DNA of 64,000 nt from Nitrosopumilaceae archaeon (GCA_965214835.1 CBDCCK010000002.1:2496001-2560000), one strand, 5' to 3'; positions 30,174 through 39,615 are shown, numbered from the stretch's first letter. The notes: generated from the sequence alone by a model not told the origin. A program made the numbers and translations.

Positions 30174-30821
30174 TTCGCCAATGTGTAGGTTTTTCCATAC
30201 TTGCTCAATTTTGTCGGGATTTTTTCTAATCCATTCGTAAACTCCCCACTCCAAAATCTGCTGATCATGAGGATTTTTTGATTTGCAGCCAGAGCATCGA
30301 TAGGTCATTCTTGGTTGTACATCATAGTTGTGAATCGTTAGAAATGGCTCCTGAGAAAAGAGTGTGGTTTGTACATTACGTTCGTGTTTTTTTCTTTTTT
30401 CAAAACGCTGTTGGAATTCACGAGGCTTTATGAATCCCAGACTTGATCTCTCATCGTTTAGATCTTGTATACACTCAACGCCATATTTTTTGTGCATGTC
30501 ATTTAACAACGCTATCCATTTTGATCTTGATAATGTTTCATGAACAGTTATTTTGAATCGTAGTTTATCCCATTCTGATTTTGACCCCTGTATTTTCCAA
30601 CTTTCGTTTCTAGTATCCTGTGGATTTCTCTCCAATGGGATTTCCACCACGTCCCATCTTTTCATAGGAGTGCCCGGTGGTACTGGGTAAACCCTTATCA
30701 AGCCATATTTTGGCGAATAGCCCGCAGTACAAACAGTTTTCCTGTTATCACTTATTTCGTCGGGTGCTGCACTGCCTAACACAATTAGATCATCGATTTT
30801 TATTTTCTCTACGTCAGACAT
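30078..30821 (-). CDS. Hypothetical protein, possibly a dual OB-fold DUF488 partner
   Basis: TVCTAG, LIRVYPV, DTRNES, SLGFIKP, C..C....H, FLVGN motifs; convergent and overlapping with DUF488. Confidence 0.6.
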   Translation of the reverse strand: MSDVEKIKIDDLIVLGSAAPDEISDNRKTVCTAGYSPKYGLIRVYPVPPGTPMKRWDVVEIPLERNPQDTRNESWKIQGSKSEWDKLRFKITVHETLSRSKWIALLNDMHKKYGVECIQDLNDERSSLGFIKPREFQQRFEKRKKHERNVQTTLFSQEPFLTIHNYDVQPRMTYRCSGCKSKNPHDQQILEWGVYEWIRKNPDKIEQVWKNLHIGESGYDTSFLVGNMFLHRSSFMIISIFRHKIDI

Positions 30822-30937
30822 GCTGTCTACTCACCAATTCCTTGTCTTTCGTAACAACGCCTGTCGTAATAGGTTTTGTTGTTGATCCAGAGAGTTGATT
30901 CGAAATTAGCAAATTTTGATCAAATGGGCACATAACG

Positions 30938-31025
30938 TAGTATCTATAATTGAAAACCAATCAGTTTTGTGTCAAAATAGGCACGACGTGTCAAAACTCT
31001 GATCGGTTATTTGGGGTAGATACTA
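30938..31025. mobile_element. 88-bp IS630-type MITE
   Basis: TIR TAGTATCTA / TAGATACTA, the same as the right end of IS630 at 17531. Confidence 0.72.
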
Positions 31026-31069
31026 CGCATGCCAGACCGATCCAAATGCCAGTAAAACGCACATAATTC

Positions 31070-31174
31070 ATGAAATTACTTGATAGATTGTCAAGAAACC
31101 CCGTACATTAAGGATGTTTGCCGGCATGACTGTCCCCGAATTTGACTTGTTGCATGCGAAGGTGGTAAAGAAAT
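31070..31174 (+). pseudogene. IS5 transposase 5' remnant
   Basis: MKLLDRLSRNPRTLRMFAGMTVPEFDLL, homologous to the N-terminus at 35686; upstream DNA also homologous. Confidence 0.75.
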
Positions 31175-31252
31175 AGACTTTATGCGTAATCGGTTCAGAT
31201 CTGGGATTATTACTAACAAATTCATCTCATTCAGGTCGATGACGCAAAGTCT
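31175..31252 (-). mobile_element. IS5-type MITE (inverted copy of 34786-34865)
   Basis: AGACTTTATGCGTAATCGG...GACGCAAAGTCT; AAT flanks. Confidence 0.8.
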
Positions 31253-31585
31253 AATCGTAACAGTTCACGATTTGGAAGCCATTCCTGATTTTATACTGGC
31301 GCGCAAAAGTTCCTGCCGAATCAAATTTACCAGACCGAAGCAGGTTTTGACCACGTCGCACAGGAGTCGTTGTCAAGCTCACCAGTTTGGCAGCAGATCG
31401 TGTTTGTGAAGTGATTTATGATTCTGGGCGCGATTTGCACTCAAGATACCTGTGTTGGAATCAAAACCACGCCTGAGCTTCAGAATCACAGACTGTCACG
31501 ATGTTTTGCAATACTGCCGTTTTCGTTTAGACATGTTGCATCTCAAATACTGATATAAACAAAATTACAGTTATGATTTTACAGA

Positions 31586-32419
31586 TTAGACTTCGATTAG
31601 TGCTGATTTTTTATTCTGTGCTTTAGATATGCAGAACTTGGAAAACTCTTCTTCTGTGTATTCCACTTCTTTTAGGGCACTGCGGATCTTGGCAACTGTG
31701 GGATACTCATCGTATGTTTTGCCCCTTATGGTGCGACCTCCAGACTTTGGCCGTATTCCACCCCATTGCTTGAAAAAGACAGAAACCTTTTGTTTTTTGC
31801 ATTGTTTTATGATATCGAGAATCCACTTTTCTTTTACTTTTCTGTAGCCGGGTCCGCTTTCACCGCCAATTATGACCCAATCAATATTTTTGAGATTTAG
31901 ATCACCTACCGGACCAATTAATGGCTCCATACTCAAGAATCTTGTATGGCACTTTGCCTTTCTCAAATCATCAATTCTCCACCTATAGTCCTCGTTTTCT
32001 ACACTTACTCCCATCCATATATGCGGGGGTATTTTTTCTCCAAAATATTCACGAAATAGTTTTGAGAATTCAACCATGGTGCCAGAACGTTTTGTCAACA
32101 CTTGGTAAAAATGACGATCGGCTCTGAGCATGGTGTGAAAACATCTGCCAATGTACTCCATTCTAGAGCTTTCATGAAACAAATCCGACATGCTGTTTAC
32201 AAAGACCTTCTTGCTTTTTTTCCAAGTCAACGGCAGTTCTAAATCATCTGGTTGCTCTGTAAATTCAAAATTGTTTTTGTATTTTTTCACTCCCATTGCT
32301 TTTAGTCTATTTGAAAGTTTTTCGGCATAGCAATTAGCACACCCGGGAGATATCTTAGTGCAGCCTGTTGTTGGATTCCAGGTTGCTTCCGTCCATTCAA
32401 TGGCGGAATTATTTGCCAT
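31586..32419 (-). CDS. DUF5131 (phage Gp37/Gp68-like) three-Cys radical-SAM-like protein
   Basis: IEWTEATWNPTTGCTKISPGCANCYA, FVNSMSDLFH, QVLTKR, WMGVSVE, FLSMEPL, WVIIGGESG, FFKQWGG. Confidence 0.92.
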   Translation of the reverse strand: MANNSAIEWTEATWNPTTGCTKISPGCANCYAEKLSNRLKAMGVKKYKNNFEFTEQPDDLELPLTWKKSKKVFVNSMSDLFHESSRMEYIGRCFHTMLRADRHFYQVLTKRSGTMVEFSKLFREYFGEKIPPHIWMGVSVENEDYRWRIDDLRKAKCHTRFLSMEPLIGPVGDLNLKNIDWVIIGGESGPGYRKVKEKWILDIIKQCKKQKVSVFFKQWGGIRPKSGGRTIRGKTYDEYPTVAKIRSALKEVEYTEEEFSKFCISKAQNKKSALIEV

Positions 32420-32780
32420 GTCTCTATCAGATCTACACCATGCTAAAAGTATTCATTTTGTATGTTGTGTCAGTTCTTGACTATGGGTACACAAACCTTG
32501 CATCATAGCAATAAATAGAAATTTAAAAAATTAATATTGTTGAGTTGTCAGGAGGTATTGCTTGTCAAACAAATTTTCTATAACTGACAGTATCAAGAGG
32601 GCAAGAGCAAGTTTTGCACATATTCATGACGATGGCTTAGAAAAATCAATCGGCGATATTTGGTCTATTAAGAAATTTCTTTTGCTTGACTATTACATGC
32701 CTGTTTTCATATGTATCGTACGTTGATCTGGACCCCGTATTTTCGAACCACTTTTTGGGCATTTTTGCGTAGCTCTGACA

Positions 32781-33617
32781 TCATTTGCCTGCCTCCCTTT
32801 GGTGCCGTACGATGAACTCCATCGGAGTGAGATATCCAAGCGAGGAGTGTATTCTATCGTGATTATAGTCCCTAAATGCCTCCTTTATGACGTCTGAGGC
32901 GTCCTGGAAGGAGTCAAACTCATGGGGCCACAGGTATTCCCTCTTGATGCTTCCGTGAAACGACTCTATGTGGCCGTTTTGCTCTGGCGTCCTGTATGCT
33001 ATGAGCTCGTGCCTGATTCCCAGCTGTTTTAGGGACTCCCTGAACATACGCGATGTATACTGAGAACCGTTGTCTGTTCGCAGGGTCAGCATGCTGCAGT
33101 CCGGATCTGCTGCCGATACCGCATCGAGTACGGCCTGAATCGCATTCTCCTTTTGCGCCGTGGTATCAAAGGAGTATGCAAGCCATCTGCGCGAAAAGGC
33201 ATCAAGTACGTTGAAACAGTAGCACCAGCCGTCCCCGCCGCAGTCCACGTATGTAATGTCTGCCTGCCACAGCCGGTTGGGGGCATCTGGCTTTGTAAGC
33301 TTGCGCGAGGCCCGTATTATGTCGTTTTTGGTCTTTTTGGGCTCGATCCAGCCTATCTGGCGGTAGATTCGCTGTATCTTTTTGCGGTTTACGCGCACGC
33401 CAGTCTCGCGCAATATCTGGTTTGCCATCCTCCGGGTTCCATACGTCGGCCTTTTCTTGCCTATGGTACGTATGATTGAGACCGTCCCAGAGTCGGCTTT
33501 TCTGGTCCGTCTGTCGACGTCCTTCCTGGCGTAATACCAGATGCCCTTTGAGACGCCGCAGTATTTCAGGGCCGTGTTGAGGCCCATCTTCTGGTGGCAG
33601 ATCTGTACGGCATTCAT
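32781..33617 (-). CDS. IS3 transposase OrfB (rve DDE)
   Basis: YGTRR, WQADITY, RTDNGSQY, EQNGHIESFH, YNHDRIHSSLGYLTP. Confidence 0.9.
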   Translation of the reverse strand: MNAVQICHQKMGLNTALKYCGVSKGIWYYARKDVDRRTRKADSGTVSIIRTIGKKRPTYGTRRMANQILRETGVRVNRKKIQRIYRQIGWIEPKKTKNDIIRASRKLTKPDAPNRLWQADITYVDCGGDGWCYCFNVLDAFSRRWLAYSFDTTAQKENAIQAVLDAVSAADPDCSMLTLRTDNGSQYTSRMFRESLKQLGIRHELIAYRTPEQNGHIESFHGSIKREYLWPHEFDSFQDASDVIKEAFRDYNHDRIHSSLGYLTPMEFIVRHQREAGK

Positions 33618-33901
33618 CCTTTGCTCAGCTCCATTGTTTTTTTTAAAGCGTCACAGGCCACTGCATACTCGCCTATGATGCGTTTGAGATTCTGGTTCTC
33701 CTTTTGCAGGGCAGCCGCTACCTTGTCATTCCGGCCCAGGATGGATGCCTTGCCGCCCTCGACGAACCTGTCCATCCACCTGCCAAACGTGGTGGGCGCG
33801 ATGTTGTGCTTGCGGCACAGCTCGGCAGTGCTGATGCTGGTCTTGATGGACTCCATCACTATGTCTGTCTTTTCGGCCAATGTGAACTTTTGTTTTTTCA
33901 T
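33614..33901 (-). CDS. IS3 transposase OrfA (HTH)
   Basis: KFTLAEK..IV, AELCRKHNI, LQKENQNLKRIIGE; ATGA overlap with orfB. Confidence 0.88.
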   Translation of the reverse strand: MKKQKFTLAEKTDIVMESIKTSISTAELCRKHNIAPTTFGRWMDRFVEGGKASILGRNDKVAAALQKENQNLKRIIGEYAVACDALKKTMELSKG

Positions 33902-34785
33902 GCCCCGTATGCCCTCCCGTCATATACAAATTCTACGCATTTGGGTGGTTCGAATTTTATGGGGTCCTCACCAACGTAAAAACAATTTCAAGAAATTTTA
34001 TTATGCAGATCCTTTTTGTGGCTCTGGAAAGTTTGCAAATTTTAAGGATCTTAGTTTGAAAAAGGAATCTTTTCCAGGATCTGCATTAATTGGAGCACTA
34101 AATGCATCATCACTGGGTTATACAGACTGTGTTTTTTCAGATATCAAGTCAGATTATGTTAATTCGCTTAATGCTCGCTTGGAGAGCAGTAAGTCTATTC
34201 TAAGTGGAGTTTCCTATAAGGCAAACGCTATGGATTTTGAAAATGCTGTAAAGAAAATTCTAGCACTAAGAAAATATCAAGTTGCAATTCTTGTTTTGAT
34301 AGATCCTGCTGCATATGTACCGATTAAATGGCAATTTATGGAAAAGTTAGCCAGAGAGATTGGCATAGATATAATCCTTAATTTTTATACCCACAGAATA
34401 GCACAAAATGTTTCTGCTACAAGGAAAAACAAGAGGGGCGAAAAGAATCTCAATGAATTTTTTGGTGATGACTCTTGGAAGAAAATCAGAGACGGTCCCA
34501 GAGTATCGTCTTTGGGAGAAAAATTGTTAGATCGTTACTTGGAAAAACTTCGTACAACATCTAAGAAAAACGTAATTGATATTGGAGTGTACAAAGAAGG
34601 TGCTCGCAAACTATATGACTTGATTGTCGTTACGCGTAGCAAAGCAGGTGCAAAAGTAGTAACGGATGCAAAAGAAGTAATGAGAAATGCCACAACCGAA
34701 GCTATAAAACGCGAATTTAAAACTCAGATCACATCACAGAAAAGACTTTTTTAAATATCAAAAGATTTTGTATGAATAACATAAT

Positions 34786-34865
34786 AGACCTTATGCGTAA
34801 TCGACCTGAATGAGATGAATTTGTTCCTAATAATCCCGGATCTGAACCGATTACGCATAAAGTCT
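34786..34865 (+). mobile_element. 80-bp IS5-type MITE
   Basis: AGACCTTATGCGTAATCG / CGATTACGCATAAAGTCT; AAT flanks. Confidence 0.85.
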
Positions 34866-35686
34866 AATGTCTTGACCCTGCGTATGCCATTCTCCACGTA
34901 CACCCGTATCTTTGAGTGTGTTCTGTTGTACTCTTTTTCATCGTCGGTCAGCTTGCCGCCAGGACTCTTCTTGATTGGAAGTATAACCTTCGTCCCTGCA
35001 TCGATGTGCTGCGCACCCTGGTATCCGCGATCCATATAGTGCCGCAGCTCCTCGCCGTCCTCCTCACCGCTCCAGAACGTGGGATGCTTCATCCGGTATA
35101 TCTTGACGTCGTTTACGCGCCCCGGCGAGTGCGGGGTCTTGTGCACTATGGCACCGTGTATGTTGACCGTATACTGGACCTTGGCCGTGTGCGTGCCTGC
35201 CTTGCCCGAATAGTGCGACTTTTCCATGTCCTTTCTCTTGGGCCTGTTTGTGGGCTGCTCGGAGGCGTCAGTCAGGCACACCATCCCCGGGAAGATCTCG
35301 GCCAGCTCCTCGACTGAGGAGATCCTCTTGGAGTCCTTGTAGATCTTCTCGGGGATCGGCAGGCATTGTTTTAGCAGGGGCTCAGTCAGGCTTATGGAGC
35401 GCGAGACCGACGCCTGTCCTATACCGAACATGGCGCCAGCCACGTCCTGGGAGACGTACGTCCTGTAGTAGAACAAGACCAGCAGTACGCGGTTCCTCAG
35501 ATCCAGGGCAAAGGGCCTGCCTGCGCCTATATCCCGCACACGGTCGGGCCTTGAGAGCCTCTTCTTCTCGGTATCTGGAAATTTCTTTTGCACCTCGGTA
35601 CACAGCTGGTCAAACTCTGCCTCGGTCATTCCTGCAAACATCCGGAACGTCCGTGGGTTTTTTGTCAGTCTATCGATCAAACACAT
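34866..35686 (-). pseudogene. 5' part (273 codons) of the split IS5 transposase
   Basis: FRMFAGMT, GAGRP, FGIGQASVSR, DASEQ, YSGK, MDRGYQG, RVYVENGIRRVKT. Confidence 0.88.
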
Positions 35687-35902
35687 GATTTGTACATGGT
35701 TTTACAGGTATTTTGATCCGTCAGGCATAGATTAGTGCCCAAGTGGGTCAAAATCTGCTAATTAAGAATCGCTTCTCTGTGCTCGGCACCATATGATCCC
35801 GCGGCGGTCTCGAGTTTCCAAGGCTTGTAACCCCGGCGGGTGTGAGCCGTCCCCGCACTGAACTCTGCCCAGAAAGAGCCGGATTTCTGCGAGACGCCCA
35901 GC

Positions 35903-36082
35903 TCACTTTTTTCTAACGGTGGCAAGCCACATGTTTTTAATTTTATCAAGCTTCCAAATGATCACATCCCCCTCACTAAGATCCATTTGCTCAACTATGT
36001 GCATGGGCACGGTTGTTCTAAGCGACCTGCTTTTTGACACGGCTAGCGACAATGCAGATTCATTCACTCCGAGCCTTGCCAT
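35903..36082 (-). CDS. AbrB/MazE/SpoVT-like DNA-binding protein (59 aa, absent from the ORF track)
   Basis: MARLGVNESALSLAVSKSRSLRTTVPMHIVEQMDLSEGDVIIWKLDK...; divergent from the transposase. Confidence 0.72.
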   Translation of the reverse strand: MARLGVNESALSLAVSKSRSLRTTVPMHIVEQMDLSEGDVIIWKLDKIKNMWLATVRKK

Positions 36083-36283
36083 ATAGGTAAACTAACTGGA
36101 TATTATATCAGCTTACCTGCGGCATGGATTGCCAAACCATTTACCTATATTTATATAGGGCCGCCTGTTTGCCTGTACCGTGAAAGGGTTGGCGGGCAAG
36201 GCAGGTCACCATGCTGATGATATGACCTTCCATGGAACTTGCCGGCTCGAATCCCGCACGCCTGTCTTTGGGGGTTCTGCCTA

Positions 36284-37405
36284 ATGGGTGCAAGGCAGGA
36301 CATGGGAAGAAGGATTTCAGAAGGGCAGGGACAGGTTGCAAGACTTGATGATGCGCATTATACCGTAAAATCCCAGTCCAGAGAAATACGGCACGACGTT
36401 GTTGCCGCCGGGTTCGACTGGACATGCTCCTGTGAGGATTACCGGTTCAGAAACGCGTGCTGCAAGCACATCCATGCCGTAGGAATCGGCCTGCAGCTTG
36501 GAAAGAACGCCCCGGATGGCGTCGTCATACCGGAGATGACCGGCAAGGCGTGCAGGCACTGCAAGTCGGACAGGACGGTGAGGGCCGGAGTCAGGCACAA
36601 CAGGAGCGGCGACGTCCAGAGGCTTTTGTGCCGCGACTGCAACAGGAAATTCTCAATCAACCTCGGCTTTGAGGGAATGAGGGCCACCCCGGAACAGATC
36701 ACGATGGCCATGAACCTGTACTTCAACGGCGAGTCGACCAGGAAGGTTGCCCAGTCGCTGAGGCTTGCCGGCATCAGCGTCTCAAACGTCACCATACACA
36801 ACTGGAACAGGAAATACGTCGAGCTGATGGACAGATACGTCGATAGGATCAGCCCACGGGTCGGCGAGAGCTGGAGGACAGACGAGCTGTACCTCAGGAT
36901 CAGGGGAGACCGAAAATACCTCTTTGCCATGCTGGATTCAGAAACCCGGTTCTGGCTGTCCCAGATGGTGTCGGCGCACAAGGGAAGCGATGATGTGGCG
37001 CCGATGTTCCGGGAAGCAGAAAAGAGGGCCAGCAAGGTTCCATCAACCCTGATCTCCGACGGGGCTGCAAACTTTCACCACGCGTGGAGGAAGCAGTACC
37101 GATCCAGGAACTTCCTGCACAAGGACACCGAACACCACAGGCACATCCACATCTCAGGCGACCTGAGCAACAACCAGATGGAGTCGTTTAACGGCAACAC
37201 GCTGAGGGCAAGGGAGAAGGTGATCAGGGGAATAAAGAAGGACGGCTCTGCAATACTCAAGGGGATGCAGATCCACCACAACTATATCCGGCCACACCAG
37301 GGACTTGACGGGGATACCCCTGCCGGACGGGCAGGAATCAGGATATTGGGCAGCAACAAGTGGAAGACCATAATTCAGAATGCCGCCTCATGCCCCGACT
37401 CTTAA
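36284..37405 (+). CDS. SWIM Zn-finger + Zn-ribbon + HTH + IS6-like DDE transposase
   Basis: CSCED...CKHIHAV; CRHC...CRDC; WRTDELY, AMLD, LISDG, NNQMESFN; HNYIRPH.GL.G.TPA. Confidence 0.85.
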   Translation: MGARQDMGRRISEGQGQVARLDDAHYTVKSQSREIRHDVVAAGFDWTCSCEDYRFRNACCKHIHAVGIGLQLGKNAPDGVVIPEMTGKACRHCKSDRTVRAGVRHNRSGDVQRLLCRDCNRKFSINLGFEGMRATPEQITMAMNLYFNGESTRKVAQSLRLAGISVSNVTIHNWNRKYVELMDRYVDRISPRVGESWRTDELYLRIRGDRKYLFAMLDSETRFWLSQMVSAHKGSDDVAPMFREAEKRASKVPSTLISDGAANFHHAWRKQYRSRNFLHKDTEHHRHIHISGDLSNNQMESFNGNTLRAREKVIRGIKKDGSAILKGMQIHHNYIRPHQGLDGDTPAGRAGIRILGSNKWKTIIQNAASCPDS

Positions 37406-37494
37406 CAGGAAGAGCCATATCCCGACAACTTAACAGTCCCCGCCGCCATACAAACTTAAATGTGGCGTTTGAGCAAACCATCCTAGGATCGAAA

Positions 37495-37711
37495 TTGAAA
37501 AAAAACAAGCTTACCTTTGCCGTAAGAAAGGAGGAAAAATGGCTCACGGCACAGTGCATAGAGTTTCCCTCGGTGGCAACCCAGGGCCGGAACCACAAGG
37601 AGCTCATGGCCATGATCAGCGACGCTGTAGACGGATATTTCAGTGCTTTTCCAGAGGAAAAGGAAAGGCTAGAAAGCTTGGAAAAGGCCAAAGTGATAGA
37701 GATTACCATCT
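37495..37711 (+). CDS. HicB-like antitoxin; stop codon split by the ISH3 insertion
   Basis: WLTAQCIEFPSVATQGRNHKELMAMISDAV; removing ISH3 restores ...ATC TAG. Confidence 0.75.
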
Positions 37712-39127
37712 CAGTAGTTCCTCGATGTACTTTTGCAGGCACGATAATTACGCAATTTGCCGAGATTTTTTGACCATCATACTATAGATCAGGCGGTGTG
37801 CCAACCATCATCATGATACCAACACAAAACGACGTGTTTGCACACCAGTTTGACATAACATCGAGACAGTTTAAAACATTGCGACGGCGGTTTCCCAAGC
37901 TCGGGCTGGCCGTCTCAAAGAGTCGCAACGCAGTGTATGACCACATCGACGCACTGCGCGTTCTATATTTCATGTCTGAGAGGAGGATGTTTGCAGAATC
38001 TGCCGTGACGCACCTTCGCAGGCGGGCCTCAAAATGCAGCAGGCAGCAGCATGACGACGGGGCTGCCTCCAAGGGCGGCGCGTATAGTTGCCGTACGCCT
38101 AGTCCGGACTGGATCCTAAAGGCGATCCGGGGCGTCAGCCTGGATGATGCGCAAAAGTGGTGCAGCTCCATGCTGCAGCATACGGTAAGGTGCGCCCGCA
38201 GGTCAGGCATGCTGCACAACACGGACGTCGTGGCAGTGGACGTTACCGACGTGGAATACTATGGCAAGGGCCTGGAGGATATCGCCAGAAAGTCAAAGCC
38301 CAAGAACGGCACGTCGACGTTTCTCTCGCACATTACCATGCACGGAATAGGATCAGATGACGGGTCTGACCTCGTGCTTTCCTCGCTGCAGCTTCCAAAA
38401 GAGGCAAAACTGGCCGATTTCGTGCCTAAAATGATCCGCAAGGCGTCCAGATCAGGGATGAGGATCAAGACGTTCCTGTATGACCGCGGGTTCTTTAACG
38501 TGGACTGCATGAGGGCTGCAGAAACAAGCACGGGCAGCTACATCATGCCTGCCGTCAAGAACAGGAGGATAGTGGCGGCAATAGAGGAGCATGACCGCGG
38601 AGAACGCGGTGCGGTATCAAAATATACAATGACCAACAAGGACGGCAAGAGCGCCACATTCAGGCTAGTCATTGTGGAAAAGGACGAGGTAGAAAAGGAC
38701 GGCACGGCAGCAGCAAAGAAGGACAAGGCAGAAGAGACCATAGCCGACAGGTATCTGGTCTTTGCCACCAACATGTCTGCTAAAAGTGCAGAGGCAGTCA
38801 TTGAGCAGATACCGGAGGAGTACCGCAGTCGGTGGGGAATCGAGACCGGGTTCAGGGTGATCAAGGGGATAATGGGCAAGACGTGCAGCAATTCCCCGGT
38901 CGTCAGGCTGCTGCTGTTCTATATGTCTGTCATACTGTACAACCTGTGGAGGACTGCCGTGTTCATAGACGTGGAATCCAAGTGGGACGGATTTGCAGGA
39001 GGGAAGGGGTTTACCATGATGCTGTTTGTCGCGTGCATTGTCGATGCGGCCGACTCGTTTGTAAACGATCGCGGAAAGTAGCGGAGGTGCCGTGTCGGGT
39101 CTGCAAAAGTACATCTAGGAAGTACTG
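37712..39127 (+). mobile_element. ISH3-family element, copy 2
   Basis: Same TIRs and length as copy 1; 4-bp TSD ATCT. Confidence 0.9.
37798..39081 (+). CDS. ISH3/IS4-type DDE transposase
   Basis: Identical to 19568-20851 except two N-terminal residues. Confidence 0.9.
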   Translation: MPTIIMIPTQNDVFAHQFDITSRQFKTLRRRFPKLGLAVSKSRNAVYDHIDALRVLYFMSERRMFAESAVTHLRRRASKCSRQQHDDGAASKGGAYSCRTPSPDWILKAIRGVSLDDAQKWCSSMLQHTVRCARRSGMLHNTDVVAVDVTDVEYYGKGLEDIARKSKPKNGTSTFLSHITMHGIGSDDGSDLVLSSLQLPKEAKLADFVPKMIRKASRSGMRIKTFLYDRGFFNVDCMRAAETSTGSYIMPAVKNRRIVAAIEEHDRGERGAVSKYTMTNKDGKSATFRLVIVEKDEVEKDGTAAAKKDKAEETIADRYLVFATNMSAKSAEAVIEQIPEEYRSRWGIETGFRVIKGIMGKTCSNSPVVRLLLFYMSVILYNLWRTAVFIDVESKWDGFAGGKGFTMMLFVACIVDAADSFVNDRGK

Positions 39128-39131
39128 ATCT

Positions 39132-39195
39132 AGCAAACTTCCTGTCCTGTCATGGAGGGATGTCATGAAGATCCTGAGAAGATCTGGCTTTTTCC
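39132..39195 (+). pseudogene. HicA toxin 5' remnant
   Basis: SKLPVLSWRDVMKILRRSGF, a HicA N-terminus, cut by a MITE. Confidence 0.7.
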
Positions 39196-39306
39196 GTAAC
39201 AGGTCAGGCTCTGGAAGCTGCTCCTGATTTTAGGCATGAATTCTGTCTGAGCGGCCCTTTTTGGTGGCAAAATTTGTGCCTGAACTTCCAGAACCCGACC
39301 TGTTAC
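39196..39306 (+). mobile_element. IS66-type MITE, 111 bp (partial copy follows to about 39362)
   Basis: GTAACAGGTCAGGCTCTGGAAG...CTTCCAGAACCCGACCTGTTAC; close to the reverse complement of 14907-15017. Confidence 0.8.
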
Positions 39307-39602
39307 CTGCGAAGGGCTCTGGTGGTAAAATTCACGCCTGAGATCCGAGCCCGAACTGTCACCTGCATCGCGATTTTCACTGTGGCCTCGGCCAGCTGTT
39401 CGATAAGCCCGGTTATTGCCCGATCCCTGCCTGCGATGGTCTTACCCTTCATGCCGGACTCTGACGCGGGCCAGCTCGTTGCACAGCATCTTGGTCTCTG
39501 AATTAGGCAATGAGCATGGGCGTGGTCTGGGTGCACAGGGATCGAGTGGTGATCAAAAACTGGCCCTGTGCCCAACCCGGCCGATTACTGGGAGGACATG
39601 TC

Positions 39603-39615
39603 AAAAAATTAAATA
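39603..39615 (+). promoter_or_regulatory. Putative BRE/TATA box for the aspS-gatCAB operon
   Basis: AAAAAATTAAATA about 30 nt upstream of the aspS ATG in otherwise GC-rich DNA. Confidence 0.45.

Larger units (their letters stand above)
32724..33973 (-). mobile_element. IS3-family element
   Basis: TG...CA ends with imperfect IR (GGACCCC.TA...TTCGAACCAC); 4-bp TSD ACGT. Confidence 0.9.
32562..34754 (+). pseudogene. tcmP: Three-Cys-motif partner protein TcmP (SAM-MTase-like) interrupted by IS3
   Basis: DDGL...GDIWSIKK..LLDYY (32562-32723) joins in frame to YYADPFCGSG...VLIDP...EFFG...W (33978-34754) once the IS3 and one ACGT are removed; GGAGG upstream of the TTG start. Confidence 0.82.
27083..34865. 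mobile_element. Hybrid composite transposon bounded by an IS5 element and an IS5-type MITE
   Basis: Outer AAT duplication; removing the block restores an intact 311-aa transposase ORF. Confidence 0.78.

Noticed and set aside
33594-33977. N-terminus of the 386-aa ORF
   Set aside because: Antisense read-through of IS3 orfA; the real tcmP start is at 32562.
36180-36240. Hammerhead ribozyme or fluoride riboswitch (CTGATGA, GAAA)
   Set aside because: The required stems cannot be formed around the core motifs.
36235-36265. tRNA gene or att site (GGCTCGAATCCC)
   Set aside because: Only a T-arm-like motif; no cloverleaf or acceptor stem, and no tyrosine integrase nearby.
19482-39127. Composite transposon formed by the two ISH3 copies (likewise the two IS5 copies)
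   Set aside because: Each ISH3 has its own TSD (ATGT, ATCT), and the IS5 outer flanks differ (AAT versus ATT), indicating independent insertions.
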